Shown: piece after piece, positions 36,345 through 37,319 of the stretch
Layout of the letters: every line of letters starts with the position of its first letter
Numbering within the stretch: position 1 is the stretch's first letter
From: a virus
Lineage: Duplodnaviria; Heunggongvirae; Uroviricota; Caudoviricetes
IMG/VR virus record: IMGVR_UViG_2645727743_000020
Span: 1-37,319 of that record
Strand: one strand, 5' to 3'
Length of the DNA stretch: 37,319 nucleotides
The notes under the pieces: generated by a model
Told to the model about the DNA's origin: nothing
The model's database searches: none
The model's input: the letters and a program-made list of their open reading frames with translations, nothing else
Translations under genes and position numbers: made by a program

Positions 36345-37319
36345 ATGAGCATAAAATCAATTCCGGGAGGGTATCTTCTTGACATGCGCCCTGAGGGGCG
36401 TAAAGGCAAACGCATTCGCAAAAAATTTAAAACGAAATCGGATGCAGTTTTATATGAGCGGTGGGTGCTGGCGCAACAGCATAACAATGAGTGGAAAGGA
36501 AACTCCATTGATCGCCGTCCGCTGTCGGTGCTTATTGACTTGTGGTGGAAATACCACGGCCAGCTAATGAAGTCAGGGCATAACACGCGCCTTAAATTGC
36601 TGCGCTTGAGTGAGGCAATGGATGACCCGTGTGTGCATAAACTTAATACAACGATGCTCACCGAGCTACGTGTGTCCAGGATAGAGCAGGGGATACAGCC
36701 CAGCACCATTAATCGAGAGATTGGGGCGTTAAGCGCGATGTTTACCGCACTCATCTCATCCGGCCATTTTCTTAACGATAACCCCGTTCAAGGCCTTAAA
36801 GGAATGAAGGTTAACGAGCGCGAAATGGGATATCTGAGTAAGTCTGAATGTGTTCAGTTGCTGGATGCACTGGCTGAAAATCCCGATGAACGGCTGGCTG
36901 TCGAAATCCTTCTGTCGACCGGGGCGCGATGGGGCGAGGTAGCGGCACTGGAGCAGCGCCGTGTTCTTCATTGTCGAATCACTTTTTCAAAAACGAAGAA
37001 CAGCAAAAACCGTACAGTTCCTATTTCTGAAAGCCTGTTTGAAAAGATCAAAAAACGGGGCGGGAAACTGGTGTTTCCGACGCTGGATTATCCATTGGTT
37101 CGCGATGTCATCAAAACGGTCGCACCTGATGTTCCTGACGGCCAGGCTGTTCATGCGCTGCGCCACACCTTCGCCAGTCATTTCATGATGAACGGCGGCA
37201 ATATTCTGACGCTCCAGAAAATTCTGGGGCACGCAAAGATTCAGACAACGATGATTTATGCCCATCTTGCGCCGGATTACTTGCAGGATGCGGTGAGATT
37301 TAATCCTATTGCTGGGTAA
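36345..37319 (+). CDS. int: Tyrosine integrase
   Basis: Start at ATG 36345 (MSIKSIPGGYLL), 324 aa; ARWGEV, HALRHTFASH and IYAHLAPDY catalytic-region motifs; TAA stop is the last codon of the window. Confidence 0.9.
   Translation: MSIKSIPGGYLLDMRPEGRKGKRIRKKFKTKSDAVLYERWVLAQQHNNEWKGNSIDRRPLSVLIDLWWKYHGQLMKSGHNTRLKLLRLSEAMDDPCVHKLNTTMLTELRVSRIEQGIQPSTINREIGALSAMFTALISSGHFLNDNPVQGLKGMKVNEREMGYLSKSECVQLLDALAENPDERLAVEILLSTGARWGEVAALEQRRVLHCRITFSKTKNSKNRTVPISESLFEKIKKRGGKLVFPTLDYPLVRDVIKTVAPDVPDGQAVHALRHTFASHFMMNGGNILTLQKILGHAKIQTTMIYAHLAPDYLQDAVRFNPIAG

Larger units (their letters stand above)
332..37319. mobile_element. P2-like (Peduovirus-type) prophage, near-complete; ends and att sites not resolved within the window
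   Basis: Full P2 gene complement in recognisable order: int, C, A, Q P O N M L X Y K lysB lysC R S V W J I H, tfa, FI FII E/E' T U D, ogr. Confidence 0.9.

Noticed and set aside
1-37319. Scan for tRNA/tmRNA, rRNA, CRISPR arrays and IS elements
   Set aside because: No tRNA T-arm (GGTTCGAATCC-like) motif, no short direct repeat array with regular spacers, and no transposase-like ORF with terminal inverted repeats was seen by eye; only a proper scan could exclude small RNAs

Overview
The window is almost entirely one P2-like (Peduovirus-type) temperate prophage of an enterobacterium, running from ogr (332..592) to the integrase stop at the window end (37319); attL/attR are not visible. All calls are from reading the sequence and ORF track by eye; no searches were run. 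Minus strand, right to left: C repressor and integrase (+), a Cox-like gene and six small early ORFs, replication gene A, then head, lysis and tail genes O N M L X Y K lysB lysC R S V W J I H, with P and Q divergent on the plus strand next to a stem-loop-rich cos region. Three cargo loci stand out. (1) Between cos and A, where P2 carries tin/old: an AAA+ ATPase-HTH plus S8 subtilase operon (IetAS-like candidate defence pair) and a complete plasmid-type ParM/ParR module with palindromic parC-like repeats. (2) Between D and ogr: a phosphoribosyltransferase plus SLOG/DprA-like pair (ShosTA-like candidate). (3) At the Z/fun position: a Gin/Pin-family invertase with a 3.1 kb invertible tail-fibre segment bounded by near-perfect gix-like inverted repeats. 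The FI-FII-E/E'-T-U tail block (3553..9128) is inverted relative to canonical P2 synteny, separating D from its operon. A Hok/Gef-family type I toxin ORF with an overlapping mok-like frame sits at the left edge next to ogr. No tRNA, rRNA, CRISPR array or IS element was recognised.
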